Shown in pieces: positions 8,468-19,500 of a stretch of 28,580 nt of DNA. The DNA is from a virus. Lineage: Duplodnaviria > Caudoviricetes. The stretch's first letter is position 1, and the number at the start of each line of letters is the position of its first letter. Location of the stretch: positions 1 through 28,580 of IMG/VR virus record IMGVR_UViG_3300042402_003545; one strand, 5' to 3'. A model generated the notes under the pieces. That model was not told the DNA's origin. It saw only the letters and a program-made list of their open reading frames with translations, and did no database searches. The position numbers and the translations under genes are program-made.

Positions 8468-9133
8468 TTAAACCAAGTCTTCACCTGGTTGGAACGAATT
8501 CCTAATATCACTTGGATTGATGTCCTCGACTTCGTCTGAAGTTAAAACATAATCTTTTTTTCCTGTTTTTTCCATCTCAATTTTTTTGTCATCAAAGAAA
8601 TCTGATAACTTTTGGTTGAAAGGATATGAGTCGTAAGTTCTTAATTCTAACTTTTCTTGTGGAGTCTTCTCTCTATACTTTTCGATTTTGTTTTCAATTG
8701 TATTGAGTTTGTTCATTAGAGCATCCATTTCAGATAGTTTCGCTTCTAACTTAGAGATTTGACCAAAAAGGTTGTTGAAATAATCATCTTGTTTTTGTTC
8801 GATGTTTTTTTGAGAATCAACTAAGTCAGTTATTTCTAACTCCTCTGTGCCACCTTCTTCATCACCTTCGGTAGAATTACCTTCATCGTCGATTACCTCA
8901 ACGTCTGGGTCATTTTCCACATCGATTTTTTCAGGTGTTGCTGGTGCCGCTGGAGCTGCCGGAGCATCAGGTGCCGCAGGTGCTCCTTCACCCGCACCTG
9001 TTGGTGGGATTGCCGCAGTCACTTCATCAGACACAGCATCTGTTGGTGGTAATGGTGCTTCTTGCTCATTAATGTATTTGTTGATACTCTTGTATCTTTG
9101 AATTTCACTTAGAATTTTTTTGTCTAAACTCAT
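8468..9133 (-). CDS. Acidic hypothetical protein with Pro/Ala-rich linker and coiled-coil C-terminal half; possible head-associated or scaffold-like protein
   Basis: N-terminal ILSEIQRYKSINKYINEQ, then PAA repeats, an acidic stretch and the heptad-like ISKLEAKLSEMDALMNKLNTIENKIEKY. Confidence 0.7.
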   Translation of the reverse strand: MSLDKKILSEIQRYKSINKYINEQEAPLPPTDAVSDEVTAAIPPTGAGEGAPAAPDAPAAPAAPATPEKIDVENDPDVEVIDDEGNSTEGDEEGGTEELEITDLVDSQKNIEQKQDDYFNNLFGQISKLEAKLSEMDALMNKLNTIENKIEKYREKTPQEKLELRTYDSYPFNQKLSDFFDDKKIEMEKTGKKDYVLTSDEVEDINPSDIRNSFQPGEDLV

Positions 9134-9137
9134 TTTA

Positions 9138-9362
9138 TTATCCGTTTAATAATTGTTTTATTCCGTGTGCGGTTTCTACTTTAACTTTTCTGTTGGTGTA
9201 AACTTGATGTCCCGCTCTTTCAATCAAACCATCTTTTTCTCTGACAACATAACATTCGCCTGTGTCTAAATCACAAACTTCTTTTGTTCCGTTACCGTTG
9301 TCTTGCTCAGAAAATCTCACTGATTTTCCAAGGTAGTTGTCTAAGGCTGTTTTAATGTTCAT
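9138..9362 (-). CDS. Small hypothetical protein (74 aa) with CDLDTGEC motif
   Basis: Has its own upstream TATTTATA motif (9378-9385) and sits 4 nt from the next gene. Confidence 0.7.
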   Translation of the reverse strand: MNIKTALDNYLGKSVRFSEQDNGNGTKEVCDLDTGECYVVREKDGLIERAGHQVYTNRKVKVETAHGIKQLLNG

Positions 9363-9377
9363 AAAAATTATGTTTAT

Positions 9378-9385
9378 TATAAATA
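9378..9385 (-). promoter_or_regulatory. TATTTATA upstream motif
   Basis: Exact motif 15 nt upstream of ATG 9362. Confidence 0.55.
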
Positions 9386-9408
9386 TAATGAAATAGTTAA
9401 ATTACAAT

Positions 9409-12400
9409 TTAGACGTATGTCAGCGGTGGTGTTAGTGTTATTATACTATATTGATTATTTGGTTGTAGATTATTACTACTTGTCATCGTTATGTTATATC
9501 GGACACCAGGAATCGCATTGGCTATGGTTGGAACCGAGAATTTAAGTTTGGTGCTTCCTATAATTTGAATAGACCTTATATCTACAGCAACTCCATCAAC
9601 AAATATTTCTCTAACAAACTCAAGGTTCGTTCCGTTAACCGTTATGATTGTTCCTGTGGATGCTGTTAAGGGTGAGTATGAAGATACGGTTGTTGGTGGA
9701 CATGTTGGTGTTGGAGCCGGTGTGTTTCCTTGACTTTGACTTGTTGCAGGTGTTTCTTCAACAACTACAGCTCCCTTCAATCCATTTTTAGAGGCACTCA
9801 GACCTGCAGCTCTGAACAATGCACCAAAGTTTTCTTCATACCTCTTTTTGTCTTTTTCATATTCCTCAGATGACATACTATCAACAGGAAACGATGTTAC
9901 GTAGTATTTCAAAATACCTCCTTGGTCTTGAATTTCATTAACTCTACTTCCAATAACGTTTTTCATGTATGTAAGATAGGAGTCAAGATTTTTGAATCTT
10001 GCCGCAGGAAGTTGTTTGATTCCACCAAGCGTTTTTGTATTAACACAGAAGAAAGAGTTTTGTATAAAGTTTTCCGTCTGTGCATAATTGTCCTTATCCA
10101 AAGTAATCAGACCATAGTTATAATCCCAACTTGAGAACTGACCTGTATCTGAAAGGCTCTTACCGTAAGCCCTAACATAACTAATCATATAGATTATAGT
10201 TTGTAATGCAACATTATTAGGTGCTGATGCCTTGATAGCATCTGCAAAGTCTTTCTGACTTATGGTTGTTTGTGAAACACCAGTTGTTACCCATGAAATG
10301 TAAGAAGAATCCAAATTAGCACTACATGAGTTTTGAGCAGCTAAAGAATTTTCATCAGCATCTTGAACGACGTTGTTCGCAGTCGCTTGAGTTGTTGTTC
10401 CTTGTGTCGTTGGTTGGTCTGTTTTATTAACAACTAACGCCTCAATTTTAGTAAGAAGATTTTGATTTATAGACTGAATGAAGTTATCTATTGGTGGTAA
10501 ATCATATACCCCTTGTCTAACGCCTTCAAACTCAGTGATGAAATTTCCCGCACTAATTGTATGAGAAACACTTGTAATCATGTATGGACCGTTAAACATT
10601 GGAACGTGTCTCAAATTGAAATACATTGTAGGTTGAATTAGAGCATTTCCTAATGCGGTGACAGAACAGGTATAACTTCTACCCTTATAGTAATTGTATA
10701 AACTGGCGTTTTGGTTTCCTACGGTTCTTGTGTTTGTTTGATTAGCCATTTCAAGAACTGATTGAATTGACTCTGAAGTTGCTTTTCCGTTGTCTTGACC
10801 AACACTAAACGATGAGAATATGTTTTGATTTCTTATTCCAATATCAACGTTAAATCCAACACACTTGTTTGAAATCGCGTAGTCAGTTTTTCCTAGTTGG
10901 TCCTCCAATAAAGGAACCTCACTACTTCTTCTAAACTCAAAAGAGTCATCTCCATATCCTGAAACAATATTCGGTAATTTTAGGTGACCTGAAGGCTTAC
11001 CAACATAGAAACAAACCATCTTAGGTCCAGACTTTCTATAATCTACATTTCTAAAAGTTCCCCACAAATTATCAGCAAACTCCAATGAACCCTCAGGACT
11101 TGGGACCGTCAATCCATCTACATCTTGGACATTATAAAAGTTGACATATGCAGGAAGTGGCATAACCGTGAAATTATTTTTCATCAGAATTCCACTTATC
11201 AAGGTGTAGACAGACATCCCCTCGTTGAGATAGTTCTTGTTCAACATATTTTTTATGTCAAATATGTCCAATATAATAGTATCACCAATATTTCTTGAAG
11301 CTCTATCCAAAAATAAAATGTCTTCGAAAAGCGTTTTAGTTTTGTAGTCAGAACCAGCAATCCACTTGTCGTTCAATGTTTTGAAAACCTCATATGTTTC
11401 GACCTTACCCTGCATACTTTGAATCTGTGAATTAATTGTTGCTTCGGTTGGTTCTGAAACATTAGGTAATCCGGCTTTAAAACCAGCAATAACTTGGTTT
11501 AACAATAAATCTTGATACGTGTTGAGACCATTCAAATAGGTATTCAATTGACCTTTGAAAGTCGAGGCATTTAAACTTGGGTTAAGAAGTTTTTGTGTTG
11601 CATACATCTTAATTAGTTTCGAACACAAAACGATGTTTTCAGTCGTAAATCCAATATTATTATCCGGAAAAAAATCTGTAATGTAAGAACCATTATCTTT
11701 GTATTCTAATTCTCGTATCGTTGAAAAACCAACCTCTTTCTCAAGTGCTCTCCATTCATTTGGATATCTCTGTCTCGATTGGGCTAAGGTAACGTTTCCA
11801 CCTATTGTGGGGACGCTGTTCAAAACATATGGTGTGAATCTGATTGGACTAACAACTCTTTGAACTGAATTCTGATAACTCACATAAGAATCGAATATTC
11901 TTCTACTATAATTTGAAGGATTACCGTTTCTCAAGACTACATCATATTGCATGAACCCTTTAATTTGTGAATTGAAATTGTCAAATTGTTTTGTAATTGT
12001 ATCTTGAAAAAGTATTTCAACTTTGTTGGGTGGGTTGCCGCTCGGAATAGTTGGAAATACTGTCATTGTGCTTCTCATAAAACTTTGGAAATTTCTGAAA
12101 TTTGAATCCATCTGAATAACAGTCGAATCTATCGAAGCTTGATTTATTCTATAAGATACATTTGTAATTGGTTTACAATAATTCAAAAATTCTTGTTCCA
12201 TTAAGTTCAATGTCTTAGCATCAAAAACAGCAAATATTTCTTCAATTTTACTATATCCTGAAATAGAATTTAGAAGCATCGGAGATACCGCATCTTTAGC
12301 TGGAATATAAGTAATATACTCGTTATAAAGTGGTTTTTTTATTTCATCTGAGTTGAAGTATCCATAGTTTGGTGCGGACCATAAAGTTCTTACTGACCCG

Positions 12401-15400
12401 TTATACATGGATGGATTCGATGTCAAGTTAACTACGGTGGTTGCTTGAGTTTCTTTGTTCAAACATTCGAATTTAGTTTGATTCAAATTTACTCCGAAAG
12501 ATGGAATAATATAATAATCATCGTCTAACTTTGAAGTAGTTGCTGGTACACAAACGTTAGGTGTTGTAAAGGCGTCATTTATGTTCTTTGGAATTAAAAC
12601 AGACCATGTTGATAAAGATAAACTAACACCATTTTGTGATGTGTTAATTTTTGAGTTAGGGAATGGATACAACAACATTCCATCGTTGATGGACGATTGT
12701 ATTTCCGATGATGTGTAATTTTTATAAAGATTCGAACCGTTGTAAAAATAATTGAAGTCATTCACCAACTTCGGATAGAACCCTGGTTGAATTTTAATTT
12801 GTTGGCTGTTTTGTGTTTGTAATTGTATTGTAATATTGTCCAAAGTGTCCTTCAACTTTACATCATATTGTTTACCCACATTATTTGTAATCGGGTCATA
12901 GTTATTGATGTAATCAAAATTCTTCCACACACTATCCAAGATATCCACATTATCATCAACGTATTTTTTATATCTATGCCAAACCGAACCCAATTTCAAA
13001 ACCCAAGCATATGGCATTTTGTGTATCGCCCCAAACTTATTAAACACTGATGCAATATAATCCAATTCGGTTGCTTGACCCTGAGTTTTATATTTCTCTC
13101 TCAAAGTCCCCAATGGAAGTGAATTCAAAAATAAATAAGCAGCCGTAACGTAGGGATATGTGCTTCCTGTTCTGTCATTTTCAACACCCTGCTGAATTGC
13201 GTTTGTAAAATACGGCGTGTTCAATATAGATGTTGACTTTCTAGCCGGCATTGCACCCGATGGAGAACTATATAAAGAAAAACCTTCTGTTGGTATAAAT
13301 TCACTAGGTTTTCTTTGTGTGTAGAATTCATTCAACGTTAATTGTGCAGTTTCTATTGGTTGAACTAAAAATTGGGGTTTAGTAACATTTAAATATGAAA
13401 AATTCGTAACAGGTCTATTGGTAGTGTAGTCATATATGTTTTCAAAATTCGAAAGTTGATTTCTATCGGTGAAAACTTTTAAACTTCTGTTTGTGTTATA
13501 TACTTGTTGTTGTTGACTCACATCACTATTTGCCAAATTTTTAGAATTCCACTCGTAATTTCTGAAAGGATATGTATCGATAATCAAAGGGTCATTGGGC
13601 GCTTCTTTTGCCAATTGTAACAACTCTCCTTTATTAACATTTACCTGTGGTTCTAACCCTAATTCGTCTGTTCCTAAAATAGTAAATGGACTTTCAATTT
13701 CAGCTTTGATATACGGTGTTATAAAAAAGTCTCTTATAAAATCTTGCCAAGATTTTCCTGTCCCTTCATTTGAATATTCTCTAAGATAACTTATAAAATT
13801 AGTAGACGTGTATGGTGTGTTTTTCAAATCAAACGCCAACAACGGTGCGTTTGTTGAAACAGAGACAACAATGTTGTTTGTGTCCGCAGCCTTATTTAAA
13901 TTAACAATTTGGTTTTGTTGATTTGATGTTCCCCTTATGAAATTTGAATAATGAGATGTCACAAATTGTCTTTCCCAAATCTCATATAAAAACTTTAGTA
14001 TTTCTTTATTTGAAAATGGAATGTTTGTTTGTGGAAACTCAATAGCATTTATACTAATTAAAGGTGTTGTCTTTTGGCTTTCAATCGGAGTTTGTGATGT
14101 AGGAACTGAAAACTTTTGATTCAAACCTTTCATATATTCCTCAACAAATTCTACCTCGGGCCAACTTTCAAACAAATATCCTTGAGTCAAGTCCACAACT
14201 GATGGGTCTCCAAGATATGTCAATTGAAATCTACCTTTTTTGTCATCAGGGGATTCAACAAAAAACGAAGGCCAAGGATAAACAGGTTCTTCTGCTGTCG
14301 ACAGTCCTTGATTCAAGGTCGCCGCGTTTCTAGCAATGTTAACATTATTTCTTACCTCTATGTTTGGTGCTGAAGATACGTTGTTTTGTATTACCTGTTT
14401 CCTTACTGGGTCGGTTTTTACGTTCCAAGCATTTATATGAACATCATCTAAAAGTCTTAAGAATCCTTCAGTGTTTGCCATAATTACCGCTATAATGTTC
14501 CTTGCGGTAGGATTGAATCCGATACCTAACGATTGACTTTGAATTCGGTTCTTCAAATCTTGGCTTATAGCCGCCTCAAACTCTTGAAGCTTTTTGTTTG
14601 CCTCTGTCGTAATTTGATTTATTGTCTGAATAAATCGATTCTTTCCTTCAAATACGAATAATGGTGGGTCAGTTTTTTTCTGATTTCCATCTATTTTTTC
14701 TTCTCTTGGGGTGACTTTAAGTTCTATCTGCTGTTTGACTTGTTGTTCTTGTTGAGTAGTTGGTTTAACCACACCTAAAAACTGTTGAGTTGTCTTAGTT
14801 AAATTAACATTATTAATGTTAAAGGTGTCCTTCAACATATCATAACCCAAATTATTTAATTTAATTTCTGAAGGTTGTCCCACACCAAACGTGGGGTTTT
14901 CAGTTAAAATTGAAAGATACTTTGTAAAAATCCCTTTTAGTTCGGTAATCGCCACCTCTTCTTGTGTCAGGTTATTGAACAAATTAGACTTAAAAAAATA
15001 AATTCTTGTGTTATTATCTAAAACAATAGCCTTCGGGTCTAAGTATTTGAAGAACCAACTACCATTGTTACCATAAACCTCTTTTTGAAATTCTGTAACT
15101 GATTTCAAATAATTTCTAGCGTTGGTTAGTGGTTCTACGTTTACCTTTGGGTATGAGTTGACAATCTCCTGTTGGAATGTATCAAACTTATTAATCAATT
15201 GCATTAAGGTAAGTTCAGGAAAATCAGGAGGTATTAACCCTTTTGATTTATATTCACTGTAAACCTCAACAATCTTTTGATAACCTTTTTCACTCACAAA
15301 ACTGGCGGAGGTAGACGTTGATGCCTTTGATGGGTCGGTGTTAACATTATTAGTTTGAATGTTACTCTGTTGGGCTTGTAAGTTTTGGTTCGTTGTTGAG

Positions 15401-16212
15401 CTATTCGATGAGACGTCACTATTGTTAATATTATATCTCTTACCATACATGTGTGGTGTCGCAATCAAGTGTGATATCGAAATCTCATTTAAAACATTAA
15501 ACTTAAATCCTTTGAACTCTAAACTAACCGTGTAGTTACCAGTCGAACTGTTGAATCTCGCGTTGAACTTTTCTAAGTTAAGTTGATATCTGATTGCCTG
15601 ACCATAATAACCTTTGAGGGTCAAATAGAATTGAGGGTAAGGTAAATTGAAAAAGGCAGCATAAGGTGAGTTGTTACCTAACTGAAACAAGGCTTTCCCT
15701 TGAACATCTTCAAGTTCTATTGATACGGTTGGAATAAAAGATGATGAAACTTTTACATTGATACTTGTGATACCTAATAATCCATTATCTACAACATTTT
15801 CTTGGTCGACTACTGTGGCTTGTGTAAACGCTTTTGAACCATTTTGACTTAGATTAACCCTACTTAATGGTTGATTAGTGGCTTGGGATTGTAATGCATT
15901 TTTACCTGTTAACTCATCATAGTATCCTGTTCCAAAATAATTGTTTTGACCAGGTCTTAAAAAATTAATTTTGGCAATAGATACAGTTTGTCTGTTACTG
16001 GTGCCAGGTGCTGCTCCAACAAGTAACTTCGTCCTTGGCAACACATCCGCCTCAAGATTCGCATACATGATGAGATTTTCATGGTCAACCAATCTTTCAT
16101 AAACTTTACCGTCATTGTTTATTGTTCGGTTCGGGTCAACAAGTATGATGTTATTATAGTCAAATTCAACATATATGTTACCGTTGTTATCCGCTTGAAT
16201 GTTACCTGCCAT
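9409..16212 (-). CDS. Giant baseplate hub-like protein (gp27/gpD/VgrG-like motifs) with C-terminal IPT/TIG domain
   Basis: N-terminal GITSINVK...VSIELED...LKGYYG and late YTCSVTALGNALIQPTMYFNLRHVPMFNGPYMITSVSHTISAGNFITEFEG, resembling the hub C-terminal barrel; terminal PTTVSSYSPLTASTGTIITVNGTNL...LKFSVP is IPT/TIG-like; follows a LysM/gp53-like gene. Confidence 0.65.
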   Translation of the reverse strand: MAGNIQADNNGNIYVEFDYNNIILVDPNRTINNDGKVYERLVDHENLIMYANLEADVLPRTKLLVGAAPGTSNRQTVSIAKINFLRPGQNNYFGTGYYDELTGKNALQSQATNQPLSRVNLSQNGSKAFTQATVVDQENVVDNGLLGITSINVKVSSSFIPTVSIELEDVQGKALFQLGNNSPYAAFFNLPYPQFYLTLKGYYGQAIRYQLNLEKFNARFNSSTGNYTVSLEFKGFKFNVLNEISISHLIATPHMYGKRYNINNSDVSSNSSTTNQNLQAQQSNIQTNNVNTDPSKASTSTSASFVSEKGYQKIVEVYSEYKSKGLIPPDFPELTLMQLINKFDTFQQEIVNSYPKVNVEPLTNARNYLKSVTEFQKEVYGNNGSWFFKYLDPKAIVLDNNTRIYFFKSNLFNNLTQEEVAITELKGIFTKYLSILTENPTFGVGQPSEIKLNNLGYDMLKDTFNINNVNLTKTTQQFLGVVKPTTQQEQQVKQQIELKVTPREEKIDGNQKKTDPPLFVFEGKNRFIQTINQITTEANKKLQEFEAAISQDLKNRIQSQSLGIGFNPTARNIIAVIMANTEGFLRLLDDVHINAWNVKTDPVRKQVIQNNVSSAPNIEVRNNVNIARNAATLNQGLSTAEEPVYPWPSFFVESPDDKKGRFQLTYLGDPSVVDLTQGYLFESWPEVEFVEEYMKGLNQKFSVPTSQTPIESQKTTPLISINAIEFPQTNIPFSNKEILKFLYEIWERQFVTSHYSNFIRGTSNQQNQIVNLNKAADTNNIVVSVSTNAPLLAFDLKNTPYTSTNFISYLREYSNEGTGKSWQDFIRDFFITPYIKAEIESPFTILGTDELGLEPQVNVNKGELLQLAKEAPNDPLIIDTYPFRNYEWNSKNLANSDVSQQQQVYNTNRSLKVFTDRNQLSNFENIYDYTTNRPVTNFSYLNVTKPQFLVQPIETAQLTLNEFYTQRKPSEFIPTEGFSLYSSPSGAMPARKSTSILNTPYFTNAIQQGVENDRTGSTYPYVTAAYLFLNSLPLGTLREKYKTQGQATELDYIASVFNKFGAIHKMPYAWVLKLGSVWHRYKKYVDDNVDILDSVWKNFDYINNYDPITNNVGKQYDVKLKDTLDNITIQLQTQNSQQIKIQPGFYPKLVNDFNYFYNGSNLYKNYTSSEIQSSINDGMLLYPFPNSKINTSQNGVSLSLSTWSVLIPKNINDAFTTPNVCVPATTSKLDDDYYIIPSFGVNLNQTKFECLNKETQATTVVNLTSNPSMYNGSVRTLWSAPNYGYFNSDEIKKPLYNEYITYIPAKDAVSPMLLNSISGYSKIEEIFAVFDAKTLNLMEQEFLNYCKPITNVSYRINQASIDSTVIQMDSNFRNFQSFMRSTMTVFPTIPSGNPPNKVEILFQDTITKQFDNFNSQIKGFMQYDVVLRNGNPSNYSRRIFDSYVSYQNSVQRVVSPIRFTPYVLNSVPTIGGNVTLAQSRQRYPNEWRALEKEVGFSTIRELEYKDNGSYITDFFPDNNIGFTTENIVLCSKLIKMYATQKLLNPSLNASTFKGQLNTYLNGLNTYQDLLLNQVIAGFKAGLPNVSEPTEATINSQIQSMQGKVETYEVFKTLNDKWIAGSDYKTKTLFEDILFLDRASRNIGDTIILDIFDIKNMLNKNYLNEGMSVYTLISGILMKNNFTVMPLPAYVNFYNVQDVDGLTVPSPEGSLEFADNLWGTFRNVDYRKSGPKMVCFYVGKPSGHLKLPNIVSGYGDDSFEFRRSSEVPLLEDQLGKTDYAISNKCVGFNVDIGIRNQNIFSSFSVGQDNGKATSESIQSVLEMANQTNTRTVGNQNASLYNYYKGRSYTCSVTALGNALIQPTMYFNLRHVPMFNGPYMITSVSHTISAGNFITEFEGVRQGVYDLPPIDNFIQSINQNLLTKIEALVVNKTDQPTTQGTTTQATANNVVQDADENSLAAQNSCSANLDSSYISWVTTGVSQTTISQKDFADAIKASAPNNVALQTIIYMISYVRAYGKSLSDTGQFSSWDYNYGLITLDKDNYAQTENFIQNSFFCVNTKTLGGIKQLPAARFKNLDSYLTYMKNVIGSRVNEIQDQGGILKYYVTSFPVDSMSSEEYEKDKKRYEENFGALFRAAGLSASKNGLKGAVVVEETPATSQSQGNTPAPTPTCPPTTVSSYSPLTASTGTIITVNGTNLEFVREIFVDGVAVDIRSIQIIGSTKLKFSVPTIANAIPGVRYNITMTSSNNLQPNNQYSIITLTPPLTYV

Positions 16213-16525
16213 AATAATAAAAATAATTTTCCAAAGCTCCTTTATAATCCTGTAATGATGGAATCAACGGGAATGGAACTACGAGTATTGCGCCATCGTA
16301 GATATTGTTTTCTAAACCACCAAATTGTGGATTGGCTTGTAATATTAACCAACCGAAATATGGTGAGTTGTAGAATTGTTGTGATACCTTATCCAATCTA
16401 CTCTGAGCAACCTTATAAATGTATGTCTTGTCCGTAGTCTTTTGTGGAATATTCACATAAGGGACTACAGTCTGTTCTCCATTTATAAGAAACTCACTAT
16501 ATCTATTATAATAAGGAAATCCCAT
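16202..16525 (-). CDS. LysM-like baseplate protein (T4 gp53 / P2 gpX-like)
   Basis: YIYKVAQSRLDKVSQQFYNSPYFGWLILQANP...GAILVVP fits the RLDxxAxxxYxxxxxWWxIxxAN pattern; its ATG overlaps the upstream stop (TAATG). Confidence 0.75.
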   Translation of the reverse strand: MGFPYYNRYSEFLINGEQTVVPYVNIPQKTTDKTYIYKVAQSRLDKVSQQFYNSPYFGWLILQANPQFGGLENNIYDGAILVVPFPLIPSLQDYKGALENYFYYYGR

Positions 16526-19500
16526 TAGTTAAGTTTTACTTTCGAAATAAATATTGTTCCTTGGGGGTCGTTCCAAGTTGCTTTATCTGTCGATTGGTTT
16601 GTTGATGCTCCAAGAGCTTTGATTAATTTCTTTTCATTATCACTCGGATTAGTATTTAGTTCATAATCAAATAGTCTAGTTTTACTTTGGAATGGTGTAT
16701 ATTTTATGAAATTCTTCAGTTTATTTGTTTCCATTTCATTTAAAAATGCTTGAGTCAACGCGTTTTCCTTTTCAAACAATGGTTTCGCAATACCAGTCCA
16801 ATAATTATCAAACTCTTGGGATATGTTTGGATTACCATTACCCAACAACCTAGTGTTACCAATAATATTACCAATTAACGAATTTTTAAATGTTTGATAA
16901 TTTTCACTTTTCAAATCATTCGATAATAACATATACTCTCTTTTGAATGGTAGTTTTGTAAACACATCATCTTTAGAATATTGATTGAATACAACACTCT
17001 CTAAGGATTTTGCTGTGGTATTTTCTTTCGTTTCACCATAAACCAAATTACCTTTATAAGAGTTTCCTTGATAATTGAATTCTGTTGATGATGTTGACAG
17101 AGTATAAAACTCATTCAAATTTGTTTTTATTTTTTTAATGTCATCGGTCATTTCTATTTGGGTATTCGCAGCAGTGCTTCCAGCGCTTACTTGAGTTGTC
17201 CCACTTACTTTATATAATTTTAAAAATCCATTTTTTTCTTGTAATCCATCAAGTTGAGGTGTTCCCGGTCCAGTATTATATGGTGCGGTATTTGCTCGAC
17301 TTACAAATTGTAAATAAGTTTGTTGAGCATTTACCATGTCTTGATTTATTTTAGTGAGTGCATTTTGGAACGTTCCTTTTTTATTTTTGACATAATTAAC
17401 AAAATTTTTTCTCAATTCTCTGATTGCCTTTTCGTTGAATTGTCTTTCTGTTCTTGTCATAAAAAACATAAACGGGTCTTGTGTTTTTTCATCATTCGAT
17501 GTTGATTCAATGTTAATCACAAAATCATTTGTTACTTTATCAATTATTTGTTGTATAGAATCTGGTTTTCCAAACAAGTAAACATCTTCACTTGGTTCAA
17601 CTAAGAAATGTCCTTTAGTATAAATTCTTGCACTACTCCAATTTTGGAGTATAGCATTATTATATTGATTTAGAGCATCTTTGCTCTTATTGACAACAGT
17701 TTGGAAATACGTTTGTGTCGTTGAAACAAAATTATCCATAAATTGTTGATAGGATATTGTTCCAGTTTCTCCGCTTGCAGTCACTACAGTTGTGATTCTA
17801 TCACCAATCGTATTTTCGTTTGATTGCCCATTAAGATTTGGGACCTGATTTACCGTTGGTGCCGCTGCTTGATTAACCAATTGTAAGAACTCTTTATCTA
17901 AAACCTTCAAACTATCATCAGTCACATCCGCTCTATCATCCCACATTTCAGTATTTGCATAATAATTAAAGGTTAACGCATTTTGTAATTTATCAATTGA
18001 CTCTTTCAATCCACTACCTCCAACAAACTTGAAAGACATCGTAATGTTTGCAATCATAGGTTGAACACCAATTCCTTCAGGATTAATATCCAAACTTTCA
18101 TAAGAAATCTGAAGTCCATCAGGAATGATTTTTGTGTTATAAAAGTCCCCAATTCTCAACACTAATACTGGTGGTGCGCCAAACGCGGTATTCACCGCAT
18201 CGTTAAATTGTAATTCTTGTTTCCCTCCAACTTCTTTCACTGTTGGGATTGTATCACCAGGTCTCATACATTGTTGTAGGAAGGTAAGCCTTGAGTTCAA
18301 ACCCTCAGGAGTTGTTGAGTGGAACGCTGGTTGGAAGAACTTCAATTTTTCTTTTAGTGAATCAAATACCATAGGAGTTTCTTCCTTTATAGTTTCAAAG
18401 TAATCACATTCAGATAATAAAGTCCTTAAAACCCTCTTTGTTATATTGTCAGGCTTTTTAATTTTAGTTTCAATATTCTGACCCGATATCGGTCTTACTG
18501 GTTCGTTACCTGGTCCACCTGCTGGCTGTGATGGTTGTGCTGGTTGTTGATTCGGAACACCTGTTGTTGCAACGATTGATGAAATACTAACCCTTCTACA
18601 TCCCATGGCACTTAAGGAATATATTTGTGTATTGTTATTAACACTTTCACTGTCGTCACTATCGCTACAATTGAATGTAGTTTCCACAAACTTACCTTCT
18701 TTCGGTTCCCATCTTTTAGCATTCGCATTTTCTCCTTTAGGAACTTGTTTGAATTTAATTCTACCAAGGTTAATTAATTTACTCAAAGCAGGCTCTGATT
18801 GGAAAAACTTTATTACAGAATCAATTCTTCTTTCTGATAGTGTTAAATTATATGGAGAGGTTCCAGCTCCTGAAGCACTACCCTCTAATGTGATTGTAAC
18901 AATTCTGTTAGGGTTGTTATTCAAAGTACTAGCCAATTGAACAAAGAAATTATTCTGAACTTCATCGTAGTTTTTTTCGATTACATTTGTAAAGAAGTTT
19001 TGTAAATCCTCTTTGTTGTAATTAGCACTACCTTTCTGCCCTTGGTAAATCTGATAATATGAAGGATAACTAGATACCGTCCCTTTAACAGGGTCGTTGT
19101 TCGGAAAATATAAAGAAAAGTTTTGGAATTGTTTTAAATCATCACTTGGGGTGTTTTGACTTGGTTCTGCAACCAATGTAGCTTGGTTACCTGAATTATC
19201 CTTACCTGTGGCAACACTGTCTCTAATGAACCCTAATTGCTCTTTACTCAAATCACCCGAGTTGATGATTTGTTGTAGTTCGTTTAATTCACCTGGTGAA
19301 ACTGTATAGTATTTCTTAGCAAGTTCATATAAATCATATTTTCTACAACCAGCAAAGAAAGATTCTAAAATACTATTAACTCTATTCTTATTTGTCTCAT
19401 TACTTAAAACCTTATTAACTATAACGTTCAAAACAGACGGATGGTCAACAACAATCTTCCATGTCAAAGAACCTGTTCTTTGTGTATTAGTATAGGTATA

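Noticed and set aside
8935-9000. GC-rich short imperfect repeats
   Set aside because: They simply encode the Pro-Ala-Ala linker of the 221-aa protein; not a CRISPR array or DNA-level repeat.
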